From: Haliotis rufescens
Taxonomy: Eukaryota
Length of the DNA: 64,000 bases
Assembly (NCBI RefSeq): GCF_023055435.1
Contig: NW_025964001.1
Span: 43,338,001-43,402,000 of the forward strand
Reading direction: 5' to 3'
Below, one piece after another: positions 37,803 through 52,759 of the stretch. Position 1 is the stretch's first letter. Each line of letters begins with the position of its first letter. The notes beneath the pieces are model-generated. The model was not told the DNA's origin. It searched no databases and saw only the letters and a program-made list of their open reading frames with translations. Both the position numbers and the translations under genes were made by a program.

Positions 37803-40800
37803 TCATGTTGTCTCAAATGGAACACCGTCCTTGTTCAGCAACCTGAATGCACTGCAAGAAAAAGAAAAACATTTCACAACTGTTCTGAATTTCCGACTGA
37901 AAAGGCAGGATTAGTGGCACTGTAATCGTTTGATTAGGTACTTCCTTGAATAACTTGGACTATTTTGTATACCAGTATTTGATGATGAATTAGCGTAGCA
38001 TGTCGGTTTGTGTAATATAGTCTAGTTTTGTATGCGGTTATTTAGAAAATTTGAAATGTGCAAAGGATTCTTTATGAATTGTGGATTTCACTGCGAAACA
38101 TTCCTGTCTGAAATATTACAGCACTTACAGAAAGAACCACAGAGCTAAGAAGTGGGATGCTGCCATTGCAGCATATACCGCTCCACCCCAGACAGCCACA
38201 GAAGCCGTGTAGATGTTATTGAAGGTAACAGCACCTAACGCACTGCTGAGTGACTCCACCACCGCCAGACTCGCAAATACAGCACCTGCAGTGGGAAATA
38301 TGTATGACTACATGTATGAAACACAAGGGTGAGAGTCTATTTATCGTCCAAAGGTATTCTTCCATATATATCAGTTTACGAACAGCCAAAAAACAGTGCT
38401 TGCATTCGATTTCAAAACCCTGTATGTCTCAGGTGAACCGAAGTTAACATTGGTTGACCAATGTTAGGTCATGTTCACTGATATTCGGTATACTTCGAGT
38501 GACCTAAATTGCCTATACCCACTGAACCTCTGGTGTGCGGTATTCTGCTTGGTAATAACCTAGTGATGTCATCGTTAAAGCTAATTTGTTTATTGATTCA
38601 GTCATGAATATAAACATTTTAATCAATACAATTAACCAGGTACTGATAACATATGTATATTTTGATATGCTGTTACGGAAAATCAATAATGCAACTTTGA
38701 TTATTATGTTGCATCTTGTTTGATGTTCTGCGCGTTATTTTGCATCTTTTTGACCTTTTACACGCTTTAAAAAAAGTTACAGAGGCAGTTCTGTCAAGCA
38801 TAGAACGCTTGTTAACCTCTCATAGTTGTGCATTGTAGTGTGCATACATCTCCAGGCGGACATTATCATAACCAAGGTTGCACTTTATGCGTTAAAACCT
38901 TTTTTTTGGGTAATCTCCTAAGTTACCCTTGATTAATTTTGGTCAACTAAGGTTGAATCTAGTCAACCCTAGTTGCCATAAATGTGGTAACTCAGATTGA
39001 CTCAGTTCACTCTAATTCTATTACTCGAACGCACGGAGCGTCTTGAGTTTAAAAATGGGCTTTAATGGCAGAGATTTGGGATGTCATTTGTGTGTGACGT
39101 CACAGAAACCGATGGCTTCATAATGTTCTGCAAAGTATTGCCATGCAAGTTCATTCAAACTATATCGTCCAAGAGCAACATCATGATCTAACTCCAGTTG
39201 AAGCCAGTTTGGGATGAAACGTGACATTGGGACATGGGAATGGTAATATAAAAATAGATTATATAAAATAGATTCCTACGGATACTGACACTGTACTCTC
39301 CCTGTATGTAATCACTGTCGGTAATCATACTTTGACAATAACAATATTGATTTATGTTGCATGTATAACGTTCTTTATCATACCTACATGTCATACTGAT
39401 GAGATCTGTTTGGTTCACGTGATCTTGATAAAATACTATTTATTTATCTATCCCGCCTTGGAGAGAAATGGATTTCTGAGCGGGAGAATAAATCCCATAT
39501 GACCCGCCAACAAGCTGCACGTGGATTCCTGAGCGGGAGAAACAATCCCTTATACCCCGCTTCGAAGCAAAAAGTCGCACGTTTTTTTCCGAGTCAATGA
39601 AGTTATGTAACATAGCACAAGTTAACCCCATCTCACACGAACAGAAAGTTTTCTACAATTTTGAGTTTCTTTTAATTCTTTTACAACGGCAGATTAAAAC
39701 ATGACGGTAAGATAAATTCGTTGTAGCAATATCACTCGGGGTACATGTGGTTTTCTGCGTACCTCGTTAGGTTTTAAACGGCTCGTCTCAATCTCAGTTT
39801 CACACGCATAATGAAACACCTCGCGTGTTGTTGCCGGAAAGGCTCGTTTACACACTCATATTGAAATGCACTTAGATGTGGTGGATGGATATGCGGGGTG
39901 ATAACAAGTTCGATAAGAGTCCAGAACAATTGAACAATAGATATACAGATGACACAGACAGACGACCAAATACCTACCATGCCTTTGAGGTGGAACTAAC
40001 TTGGACATAATGCCGCGAGCAATAGGCGTCACCAGGAAACCAATGAGACCTATCCCTGGAACTGGAACAAAAACACGTCATTTGAAAACTGTAGGTCTAT
40101 AAATAAATGTTCAGGTTTATCGAAATTGATCTGATATAACAAAATGTACATCTTGTACACATTTATGGCAAATGAAACCACGTGATATCTGTTTCAACGT
40201 GATCGTAACCAGGGTGTTGTTGCAACCTTAGCGCTACGACGGTCGTAGGTCCATGTTAAGGTATGGGAGTTACGATCACCTTAGCGCTAAGATCGCTTTG
40301 TACAACGGCACCCTGGTCGGTAAATGCTGAAATAAGTAACACTGTAAGAACTACATGTCGCTGTTTGAGTAATATATAAAATGAAAAATAATTCATGTAA
40401 AATTGATGAATTCTGACATAGTCTGATCTTTCGTGAAGAACTTTGAAACATTCATTTGGTATTTTCTTTTCAATATAGTTAATTAATGAAAACTTACATG
40501 CGAGGTACAACATCCAGCCTGAAGTTGCTATACTGAAGACGACGTCCCCGAGTATGACAAACACAGACCCCAACACTCCCAACACTTCATCGGATATACA
40601 CCTCTGCAGGCCTTTCACCACACCTGCCCCTACAGTACGCCGAACCACAGTGCTCACTGTATCGTATATGCCGTTCTGGAACGGGCTCCAACAGAAAGGC
40701 TGGTTCATCAGAAACAAGAGGTCCACGTTGATCTCTGAGGATGTGCTGATGACCGAGAAGAAAAAGGCGCCCAAGCCGACCCACAGCAGGAGGCGTTGAC

Positions 40801-41638
40801 GTCGACGTCCTTCCTTTATGAACAGGTAATACACGTTGAAGATGTACGAACACCTGCTCTGGTTGCTATTTGTATTCACCACAGTTTCTGTTAAACATAC
40901 TGCCACTAAAAATATCCCAAAGACCGTCACACAACATGCTAAGAGTGAAGGATAGAAGAATCCTGAACGTACGATAAAATATCCTGCTGCGGTGGATGCT
41001 GCTGCTTCAGCTAAAGCATTCATGCACTCTAGGAGTAATATTCCAAAAGACCGAATTCGTAGTGGAGGGGTGTTGTCAGCGATGTAGGCATATGCTAGCA
41101 GCAGCAAGCCCCACGAACCCCCGAACAACCCGTCAACACTTGACACAATGTAGAAGTAGTCTATGCTGAGATGAAGCCCGATTATCACAGATGTTATGGC
41201 ATTCCTCAAAAGTTGGCCTAGCATGCATGTTATGAAGATAAACTTTCTGCCGACGACGTCTGAATAAGATCCGACACCTATGTTAACTACACTTGCAATG
41301 AGCCCTCCAACAAGAGAGAAATGCCACATAACGGAGGATGACCGTTCCTGGAGAGTCTGCACCAGAACATACCCAGGGTCGGATGTATTCTGGAAACATG
41401 GGGCCAGAACACTGTAGTTCTTTATACGACTGTCGTTTCCAAACACATCGTCAGCAACTCTGTGGTACACGTACTGCCCTACCACAGGTTCATATATCTT
41501 CGTAGAACACGTTAGTACACCCACGATGATGTTGACGACAATGAGGTTCCGTACGTTTGTTCTGGTCCCTCTAGTGGTTGCTGGTACATCAACCAGTGGC
41601 ACGTCATCCATCTCCGCACGTGTCACTATCACTGGCAT
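37803..41638 (-). CDS. SLC46-family MFS transporter, gene 5 (476 aa; 467 aa if the ATG at 41611 is used)
   Basis: Exons 41638(or 41611)-40498, 40061-39978, 38285-38129, 37851-37803; 84 and 157 nt internal exons as in the paralogues; motifs GSYSDVVGRK, YAYIAD, QPFCWSP. The short last exon is the least certain. Confidence 0.85.
40209..40315. mobile_element. Small TIR element in intron 1 of gene 5
   Basis: CCAGGGTGTTGTTGCA ... TGTACAACGGCACCCTGG inverted ends; internal repeated CTTAGCGCTA. Confidence 0.45.
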
Positions 41639-43749
41639 GATATGGAGCAGCCTAGGGGTTCAAAAGTTCCCTTTAACACGAAGGTCCGGGTTATATTCGC
41701 AAAATAGGTACAAAGTGTGAAGCCCAGTACTGATGTTCCCCGCTGTAATATTGCTGAATATGGCCTAAAGCGGCGTAAAACCACATTAAAGGGGCGATTA
41801 TACACCGATCCTCAATCCAATACTCGTACTGACAATTCTTTAAGAACCTGCAAAAATAAAAAGATGGCTATTTTAGATCATGTTCATTTACACAATGATT
41901 TTGACTCCAACAAGATTCCGTAGATTTGGTTTCTTTTGCTGCCCGGGTTGATTATTACTCGATTGCTCTCCATAGCCCTGCTGTACGTCATTACACATAC
42001 ACATTTCACAGACCTACAGCATCAGACGAAAACAAAACGAAATGAGGAGATGAATGTCCTGGAAATTACAGTTGTCTTCTCATTCAATCACTTGGCTCGT
42101 GCTTTTGTTCTGCAACAGCGACTTGTACATTGACCCTGCACTTTAGATGACCCGCCGAACGCCCTCTCGCTGACCCAGCGGAGCAGAGGGAGAGAAAGAA
42201 GGATGTGTACGAGCTGACCTACATATAGTGCAGCCCGGATGTTTAGACGCCAGCTGAACCACCGATATGTTCTACAGTAGCATATATGTGCTTCAATGTG
42301 TTTAGCATACTAGCATATGTCGCTATGTTATATATAAAGGACGAGTGACAGTACTTTATAAGGATATAAATGTACTGTGTACTCGACCATCCTCATTCGA
42401 AGCAAATACTAGTATTCGAATGCACGATATTATAATGTTTGTTGCCAAAGGATTATACGTCATGCTAATTTGTACAAGTCTCACGAATCACGAGAGTTTC
42501 ACGCCCCTATAAACTGTATATTTTGCGGTACTTTATCAGACCTCCGAACGCTGCAATGGGGACTTCTTACTCTACAATGATAAACTCTTCTACATGTCAC
42601 ATCTCAAAAGCAGAACTAAGCACAGTCATTAAAAAATGAATACGACCCCTTTTGATGTTTATGAAAGTCAACAGCATTGTTTCTCATAAGGTTAAATGGA
42701 ATAGTGAACACAGCAACGTTTCACACAAAATATCAAATCGTACAGTCAGCTCAGCCTTATTTGACACGGGGTCAAATAAAATCGTGACCACGGCATTGTT
42801 CCAGAGAAGATTGATTTTTTTTCCATCAAAATATTGCCAACATGTCCTTTAGGCACACGACCCCGACGTGCAGAGCTATGTCCGTCTTTACGACAGTTTA
42901 TGATGCACATGTGAATGATTTGAAAATCACATGTGCATGCAGGAGCAACAAGTTTCCACAACGAAACAATACATTTGTCAAAACAAACCGTATGTACACT
43001 TAAACATAGAGTATCCATTCCACATATTGATCCTCATTTAAAGTAACAAAAATTATACTCACAAAGGCCTTCTTCATGACTAGGTGTCGCGACACTATGA
43101 AGATTAACTGTGTTTCAATCGCCGTGACATGGCCTTATGTAATTGCCCCGGAAAAAACATGCTTCCACAAATATGGCGTGTTTGGGTGACCCGTTCTTGT
43201 ACATCTATACCCACCAAAAAACATCCCATAGGTAAACGCCTCGACACTCCCATGATAAACCGCTTCCTCTACAATGTGATGACAAACCCCTTCTACGCAT
43301 CAATGATAAACTACTTCCTCTATACTGCAATAATAAACTCTTTCCGATAAACTGCAATGATAAACTGCTTCCTCCACGGGATTGCCTAAAAATCGGGCCA
43401 AGAAAAGTCGGGCCGGGCCGGGCCAGCGGGTAATACTAAAAATGGATTGCAGAATAATAATACGAAACGCGCATATCTAGGCAGATCTCAAATGTCCACA
43501 AACGTATAGTTTTGCTCATTTAATTGAGTTTGAATAAAAATGCACCTTCAACAATGTAATAAACTGATGATTATGACTACATACCGTGAGTCTCGTAGAA
43601 AAGTCAGTGTCTTGCCTGTTTGTATTCTTTGATTAGAATGCTTCTCACCGACCTTAGCGTGTAGGGGTGTGATGTCCTGGGCAGGAAACGACAGTGTTTT
43701 GACTACTCTTCTTTCATTAATTAACGTGTTGAGAATCCCTAAATAACCT

Positions 43750-45543
43750 TTACTATTATGAAAACTTGTCCGTTAAAGTCAAACACTTTTCCTGTATTTT
43801 CTTAAGAAAGTCTCTATCAGAAGTGTTGGGTCCGACTTGGCCCGGGCTGTCAAAATCAACTTTAAACACATAAAAGTATAATCAAATGTGTTTACATCTA
43901 TAGATCAGTGTTATATCTACCTATATACCACTTTATAATGTATCAGTACATTGTCTTTAAAGAAAACAAGGGGCTCAAAGTGAAGCCCTTTTCCCTCTAC
44001 ATCATAGACATAGCCTCTATCAGAAGTGTTTGGCTTGTGTTGGGTCCGACTTGGTCCGGGCTGTCAAAATCTTCTATAAACACAAAAATCTATCTTCAAA
44101 TGTGTTTACATCTATAGATTAATATTAAATCTACCTATATATCACTTTATAATGTCACGGTACATCGTATTTAAAGAAAACAAGGGGCTCAAAGTGAAGC
44201 ATTTTTCCGTCTACATTCTCAACATAGTCTCCATCAGAAGTGTTTGGCTTGTGTTGGGTCCGACTTGGTCCGGGCTGTCAAAATCTTCTATAAACACAAA
44301 AATCTATCTTCAAATGTGTTTACATCTATAGATTAATATTAAATCTACCTATATATCACTTTATAATGTCACGGTACATCGTATTTAAAGAAAACAAGGG
44401 GCTCAAAGTGAAGCATTTTTCCGTCTACATTCTCAACATAGTCTCCATCAGAAGTGTTTGGCTTGTGTTGGGACGGACTTGGCCCGGGCGGTCAAAATCT
44501 ACTTTAAACACACAGATGTATCATCAAATGTGTTTACATGCATAGATTAGTGTTATATCTACATATACACCACTTTATAATGGCTCAGATCGCAGTATTT
44601 ATAGAAAACAAGAGGCTTAAAGTGAAGCCCTTTTCCCTCTACATTCTCAACATAGTCTCTATCAGAAGTGTTTGGCTTGTGTTGGGTCCGACTTGGCCCG
44701 GGCTGTCAAAATCTACTTTAAACGCACAGATGTATCTTAAAATGTGTTTACATCTATAGATTAGTATAACATCTACCTATATACCACTTAATAATGTCAC
44801 GGTACATCGTATTTAAAGAAAACAAGGGGCTCAAAGTGAAGCATTTGTACTGTATTTTCTTAAGAAAATCCGTGTTAGAAGTGTTCGGTCCGACTTGGCC
44901 CGGGCTGTCGAAATCAACTCAAACCTCACAGATGTATCATCAAATGGATTCATATCTATAGATTACTATTATATCTACCTAAATACCACTTTATAGTGTC
45001 TCAGATCGCTGTACTTAAAGAAAACAAGGGGCTCAAAGTGAAGCCCTTTTCCCTCTACATTCTCAACATAGTCTCTATCAGAAGTGTTCGGCTTGTGTTG
45101 GGTCCGACTTGGCCCGGCTGTCAAAATCTACTTTAAACGCACAGATGTATCTTAAAATGTGTTTACATCTATAGATTAGTATAACATCTACCTATATACC
45201 ACTTAATAATGTCCCGGTACATCGTATTTAAAGAAAACAAGGGGCTCAAAGTAAAGCATTTTTACTGTATTTTCTTAAGAAAATCCGTGTTAGAAGTGTT
45301 CGGTCCGACTTGGCCCGGGCTGTCAAAATCAACTTAAACCTCACAGATGTATCATCAAATGGATTCACATCTATAGATTACTATTATATCTACCTAAATA
45401 CCACTTTATAGTGTCTCAGATCGCTGTACTTAAAGAAAACAAGGGGCTTAAAGTGAAGCCCTTTTCCCTCTTCATTCTCAACATAGTCTCTATCAGAAGT
45501 GTTTGGCTTGTGTTGGGTCCGACTTGGTCCCGGCTGTCAAAAC
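43750..45543. repeat. 203-214 bp satellite, ~9 copies
   Basis: The AGAAGTGTT...GGTCCGACTTGG landmark recurs at 43818, 44021, 44235, 44449, 44663, 44876, 45079, 45291 and 45494. Confidence 0.92.
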
Positions 45544-48387
45544 CCACTAATGTGCAGACCACCACTGTGCAGACCACCACTGTTCTACTGTGCAGACCAC
45601 TAATGTGCAGACCACCACTGTGCAGACCACTACTGTTCTACTGTGCAGACCACTAATGTGCAGACCATCACTGTGCAGACCACTAATGTGCAGACCACCA
45701 CTGTGCAGACCACTACTGTGCAGACCACTTAAGTGAAGACCACCACTGTGCAGACCACTATTGTGTAGTAATAATGTGCAGACCACTAATGTGCAGACCA
45801 CTAGTGTGCAGACCACTAATGTGCAGACCACCAATGTGCAGACCACTTATGTGCAGACCACTACTGTGCAGCCCACTACTGTGCAGACCACCACTCTGCA
45901 GACCACTACTGTGCAGACCACTACTGTTCTACTGTGCAGACCACCACTGTGCAGACCACCACTGTGCAGGCCACTACTGTGCAGACCACCACTGTGCAGA
46001 CCTCCACTGTGCAGATCACCACTGTGCAGACCACTACTGTGCAGACCACCACTGTGCAGACCACCACTGTGCAGACCACTACTGTGCAGACCACTAATTT
46101 GCAGATCACCACTGTACAGACCACTACTGTTCTACTGTGCAGACCACCACTGTGCAGACCACCACTCTGCAGACCACTAATGTGCAGACCACTACTGTTC
46201 TACTGTGCAGATCACCACTGTACAGACCTCTACTGTTCTACTGTGCAGACCACCACTGTGCAGACCACTACTGTGCAGACCACCACCGTGCAGACCACCA
46301 CTGTGCAGACCACTACTGTGCAGACCACCACTGTGCAGATCACTTATGTGCAGATCACCACTGTGCAGACCACTACTGTGCAGACCACCACTGTGCAGAC
46401 CACCACTGTGCAGACCACTACTGTGCAGACCACTAATTTGCAGATCACCACTGTACAGACCACTACTGTTCTACTGTGCAGACCACCACTGTGCAGACCA
46501 CTAATGTGCAGACCACTACTATTCTACTGTGCAGATCACCACTGTACAGACCTCTACTGTTCTACTGTGCAGACCACCACTGTGCAGACCACTACTGTGC
46601 AGACCACCACCGTGCAGACCACCACTGTGCAGACCACTACTGTGCAGACCACCACTGTGCAGATCACTTATGTGCAGACCACCACTGTGCAGACCACCAC
46701 TGTGCAGACCACTACTGTGCAGACCACTAATTTGCAGATCACCACTGTACAGACCACTACTGTTCTACTGTGCAGACCACCACTGTGCAGACCACCACTG
46801 TGCAGACCACTACTGTGCAGACCACCACTGTCCAGACCACCACTGTGTAGACCACTACTGTGCAGATCACCACTGTGCAGACCACTACTGTCCAGACCAC
46901 CACTGTGCAGACCACTAATGTGCAGAGCACCACTATGCAGACCACCAATGTGCAGATCACCACTGTGCAGACCACTAATGTGCAGACCACTGATGTGCAG
47001 ATCACCACTGTGCAAACCACCAATGTGCAGACCACTAATGTGCAGATCACCACTGTGCAGACCACTTATGTGCAGACCACCACTGTGCAGATCACCACTG
47101 TGCAGACCACCAATGTGCAGACCACTAATGTGAAGACCACCACTGTGCTGACCACTACTGTTCTACTGTGCAGGCCACTAATGTGCAGACCACTAATGTG
47201 CAGATCACCACTGTGCAGACCACTAATGTGCAGACCACTGATGTGCAGATCACCACTGTGCAGACCACCAATGTGAAGACCACTAATGTGCAGATCACCA
47301 CTGTGCACACCACCACTGTGCAGACCACTACTGTGCAGACCACTACTGTGCAGACCACTGATGTGCAGATCACCACTGTGCAGACCACAAATGTGCAGAC
47401 GACTAATGTGCAGACCACCACTGTGCAGACCACCACTGTGCAGACCACTACTGTTCTACTGTGCAGACCACCACTGTGCAGACCACCACTGTGGAGGCCA
47501 CTACTGTGCAGACCCCTAATATGCAGACCACTACTGTGAAGATCACCACTGTGCAGACCACCACTGTGCAGACCACCAATGTGCAGACCACTACTGTGCT
47601 GACCAATACTGTTCTACTGTGCATACCACTAATGTGCAGACCACTAATGTGCAGACCACCACTGTGCAGACCACCACTGTGCAGGCCACTACTGTGCAGA
47701 CCACTAATGTGCAGATCACCACTGTGCAGACCACTAATGTGCAGACCACTGATGTGCAGATCACTACTGTGCAGACCACAGTTGTGCAGACCACTAATGT
47801 GCAGATCACCACTGTGCAGACCACCAATGTGCAGACCACCACTGTGCAGACCACCACTGTGCTGACCACTACTGTTCTACTGTGCAGACCAGTAATGTGC
47901 AGACCACCACAGTGCAGACCACCACTGTGCAGACCACCCCTGTCCAGACCACCACTGTGCTGACCAGCACTGTGCAGACCAGCACTGTGCAGACCAGCAC
48001 TGTGCAGACCAGCACTGTGCAGACCACTAATGTGCAGACCCCTAATGTGCAGACCACCACTGTGCAGACCACCACTGTGCTGACCACCACTGTGCAGATC
48101 ACCACTGTGCAGACCACTGATGTGCAGACCACCACTTTGCAGACCACCACTGTGCTGACCACTAATGTGCAGACCACTACTGTTCTACTGTGCAGATCAC
48201 CACTGTGCAGACCACTACTGTGCAGACCACCACTGTGCAGACCACCACTGTGCAGACCACCACTGTTCTACTGTGCAGACCACCACTGTCCAGACCACCA
48301 CTGTGCTGACCACTACTGTTCTACTGTGCAGACCACCACTGTGCTGACCACTACTGTTCTACTGTGCAGACCACCACTGTGCAGACT
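45544..48387. repeat. 15 bp minisatellite (~2.8 kb)
   Basis: Unit ACTGTGCAGACCAC(C/T) with recurring short TTCT-containing insertions that shift frame. Confidence 0.95.
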
Positions 48388-48884
48388 ACCTTCCCAAACC
48401 TGCTTGCTCAGGAGCCCTCTAGGTAGTGCGCTTTTTACTCTCAATGAGCCCCAGGTTTAATTGTGACAAGTCCATTCTTCTTACCTCCTGTCAGCATGGT
48501 GCCAGAATTTCTAAAACTCATTTTCAGCTTGTTCACTCATATCAGTTGTTTTTAATTTCAACATGGTTCCTGATTGTCAAATTATAAAGATTTACCTTGA
48601 CAGTAATGAAAGACTTCCAGGATTGGGTGCATCTAATTATTCAGTCGAGTCATCTCTGTGATCGATGAAGACAAGTTCATTACAAGGACAGATCCAGCAT
48701 TTTGAAAAGGGACAGGTCCAAAATATCAAAATCCTCTCTCACATAATATTACTACCTGCAATATACTACATTTGGTTTTCAAAAGAGGGGTCCGGACACC
48801 CCCTTCTGGTTCCGGCTATGCATTAAGACCTAGTGTTAATTTATCGTGTAATGCTAAGACACACCCAAGAGGCAACAAGCGGCA

Positions 48885-49957
48885 CGCTGCAATGATAAAC
48901 GTCTTCCTCTATACTGCAATGATAAACGTCTTTCTCTACACTACAGTATTGAATCCCTCCGTCCACACTGCAAAGACAAAACCTCTCCTTCTATAATGCA
49001 ATACTGAATCTACACTGCGATGAAAGACTTCTTCCTCCACACTGCAATAATAACCTTTTTCTTCTACATTGCAATGATAAACTTCTTCCTCTACAATGCA
49101 ATAACAACTTCTTTTCTCCCTCCTGCAATGATAATCTCTTTCAGCTACACTGCATTGATAAACTCTTTTCTACACAATGCCACGATGAACTATTCCGTAT
49201 ATATGTATAATTCACTCTTTCTTCAACACTGCAATGATAAACATCTTGCTCTGCACTGCAATAAGGAATTCTTTTCTCACCCCTGCAATGTTGATCTATG
49301 TCCTCTACACGGCACTGATAAACCCTTTTCTACACAATGCCAAAATGAACTATTCCGTCCACACTGCAATGATTAACCCTTTCTCCAACACTGCAAAGAT
49401 AAATCTCTTGCTCTGCACTGCAATAATGAATTCTTTTCTCACCCCTGCAATGTTGATCTATGTCCTCTACACGGCACTGATAAACCCTTTTCTACACAAT
49501 GCCATAATGAACTATTCCGTCCACACTGCAATGATTAACCCTTTCTCCAACACTGCAAAGATAAATCTCTTGCTCTGCACTGCAATGATAAACTTCTTCC
49601 TCTACACTGCAATGATAAACCCCTTCCTATACACTGCAATGATAAACCCCTTCCTATACACTGCAATGATAAACCCCTTCCTATACACTGCAATGATAAA
49701 CCCCTTCCTATACACTGCAATGATAAACCCCTTCCTATACACTGCAATGATAAACTTCTTCCTCTACACTGCAATGATAAACCCCTTCCTATACACTGCA
49801 ATGATAAACCCCTTCCTATACACTGCAATGATAAACCCCTTCCTATACACTGCAATGATAAACCCCTTCCTATACACTGCAATGATAAACCCCTTCCTAT
49901 ACACTGCAATGATAAACCCCTTCCTATACACTGCAATGATAAACCCCTTCCTATACG
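48885..49957. repeat. 27 bp minisatellite; degenerate copies also at ~43245-43377
   Basis: Unit ACTGCAATGATAAACCCCTTCCTATAC, homogeneous from ~49580 to 49955. Confidence 0.92.
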
Positions 49958-52333
49958 TCACAAGGAAATATTCTTTCATCCTTCCATGCTACATTCGCGT
50001 CATTGATGGATACTAAGATTTCCAAGTGATTGGATGTGTGTCAAAGATTGTCCACTGAACGCATAACAGATTAAAGTCTTATACACCAAAATGCAAATAT
50101 TTTTTACAACATTACCACCTTTCGTTGTGTTGATGCCCACTCGCTCGTTCCTCGCCGTGACGTGGTCGGAATAGCCCACAACAACCCCCTGCTGGTTATA
50201 AGAGCTGATGGACAAGTGGTCTTAATGTGTGAGCAGGCTCATTTTGTTTGATCAGATGCTGACAGTTCATACTGCTGTTCACGCTATATCAACCATGACA
50301 GTTCAATACACGATGGAGACTAAACCTAAACAATCAATCATTTGAATACCAGTGGAGTATGGAATGTCGGTAAATGGATTATAGATAAGCTTTGTGGTGT
50401 CCTCTAATTGTTTCATGAGTATTGAAAATATTGATATAAATGAAGCAGTAGACACATGTGTTGAGTGCTCCGAATAGCAAATTGTTAAACTGAAAGCTAT
50501 ACGAAGTGTACATGAATGCGTTAGATCCTGTGTAAGAGGCTATATAAGTTTAACAGATTTTTTGATTGTTCAACTAGTTACGTCGAGGATGTTTATTAAT
50601 CCCTCTTTTAACTCTTCAAACGTGCATCAAATGAAGTTATTTCCAATGGCAATAGTGATATGCAATTATTTTCTGATATGTAAGAAATTTCGCTTGTGAC
50701 TGGTTACATAAATGATGATACTGTATTTAGATAAATGTGGGTGCCATACATTGGTCTACTATTCATTCAATACTCATTTCTCATTTCATTGATCTTTATA
50801 AGCCACCAGTTTAATTGACAGCATGCTTAGAATCATAATGATTATTGTAACATTTCGAGCTGGTCTTTTTAAAACGAAAAACAATGAAAAGAAGATACTT
50901 AGCTATAGAAACATAACCTACAAAATGTCCAGCTTGCAATAAGTGTACAGGGAACGAATTCCATTTTCTATTAATTTGCTCATATTCTATGATCTGAGAA
51001 AATTATATCTGCCTGGATGTTTTGGGAAAAAGCTTACGTAATTTTAAGTCTGCGATGTGTAAGTAAAAACAGTGACCATTTCTTGTAAAGAGGCATGCAG
51101 TCAACAAGCAGAAACATCGACCCAGTTAAAGTAATTATATAACGTAAAGTTAAGAGAATAACCAGTATCCTAAACAGATTCCATTGGGTGTTAAAGTCAA
51201 ATGAAGTCAATGAATTACTGTATATTAGCAATGACACCAGGCGTTCGCGGAAAGGGTTACTATGTCTTGCTATACCGGAAACTAAATACGATATTGCGTC
51301 TGCTGTGAAGACGTCCAGAAATTCTGCTGTTCTGTTCTGATGTAAAGGTGGTATGCAAAGAGAATCTTTAGATGTATATTTGGAAGTACCCCTACTACAA
51401 AACAGACAGTATGATGCATTCAAAAAGTTCTATATTTACGTGTCACTAACAAAATGAAAACGCCCTGAAATGACATGTCACGATCATCTAATGTGTTCAA
51501 TGAGTTTGAGGTGTAAGTTGTGCATATGATGCTTGATAGTGTACATGCATCGTATGTATTTGTGTGATTATAAACCGAAGGCCTGCATGCTTACGAAATA
51601 AACCAAGTGCGTATCCCTTCATCGACGTCTACGGACCAGTCAGATGATGAGTTTAAACCCCAGATTGATCCAAATTATTATTCTGTTTGTGCCAGCATTT
51701 GATCTGTCATATAACATATGCTACTATTAGATATGACCTGCTTATCCTTCCGATAATTGCCCGCTGTTACACTCGTCAAAATGGCCATTTGTTATCTGGT
51801 ATGCATATGCCAGTTAATTAAATGAATAACTCAATTTCGCTGACCTGAAACATATGTCAGATTATTTCTTTTATTCTACACCACATACTAACCTAAATAT
51901 TAAATAAACAACATAAAGAACAAACTAAAAATAAACATGAATCCACATTTGGCTCCCTGATCAACCTTGGATGGACAAGTGCATTTACATTTAACTGTTA
52001 CAGAACGTATGTGCGTCTGTTCATCTATTGTGGATTTCACTATCTATTCAGATATCCTTATTATAGTTCTCATAGATATATTTGTACATGTATTTACAGG
52101 AAAGGTTTTTATTGGCCAAGCGAATATGAATATAGACGTGTTGTTATGACCTACACTACTAAAGGATATTTATCTCACTACTGTCAGCAAAAAATATGTT
52201 GTATATCATACCAGTATTGATGGGATTGTCTTTCAAAAGGCGCAATTTTGAATATAATTGTAAATATTATGTAAACTGTGCTCTTGTACTACTGTGTGTG
52301 GTTTTGAGAGTAAAATTACTTGTTACACTAACA

Positions 52334-52490
52334 GAGGTACAGATGGAAAAACGTAACACCATACAGTGAAAGCTCGTTACCCACTTCACCCGAAAAGAAC
52401 CCCCACAAAAACAAAAGCAACCCGAAACTTAGCATTTTTGTGTTTCCGTCAGAAACGTCAACTTCTACTACAGAACATCTCTCTGAAGCG
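52334..52490. repeat. ~155 bp direct repeat, second copy at ~59645-59800
   Basis: AGAGGTACAGA...CGTAACACCATACAGTGAAAGCTCGTTACCCACTTCACCCGAAAAGAA...CATCTCTCTGAAG at both sites. Confidence 0.85.
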
Positions 52491-52535
52491 AGGATTCGTT
52501 GATCCAAAAATGTGTTCATCCGGTCAAGCTTACAG

Positions 52536-52758
52536 GCGCGCGTGCGTGCGTGCGTGCGTGCGTGTGTGTGTGTGTACTACTGTCTGTACTACTGTGTGTG
52601 GTTTTGAAAGTTAAATTACTAGTTACACTGACAGAGGTAGTGTGTGTGTATTTCCTTATGTATTTCTGTATGTATTTCCTTGTGTGTGCGTGTGTGTGCG
52701 TGTGTGTGTGTGTGTGTGTGTGCGTGTGCGTGCGCGTGCGTGTGTGTGTGTGTGTGTG
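52536..52758. repeat. (TG)n/(CGTG)n microsatellite patches
   Basis: Direct inspection. Confidence 0.9.
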
Positions 52759-52759
52759 A

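Noticed and set aside
40256-40497. C-terminal extensions of the long ORFs (also 35011-35087, 18026-18078, 1593-1603)
   Set aside because: Read-through into intron 1 past the conserved phase-1 donor.
42148-42262. GC-rich patch upstream of gene 5
   Set aside because: No recognisable RNA gene, splice pattern or second copy; not enough evidence to call.
45547-48460. Mucin-like QTTTV, CRPPL and CADHH ORFs
   Set aside because: Translations of a 15 bp minisatellite. The frame switches repeatedly at short insertions, and I see no signal peptide or exon structure.
49020-50016. 260 aa YTAMINPFL-repeat ORF
   Set aside because: By-product of a 27 bp unit that lacks stops.
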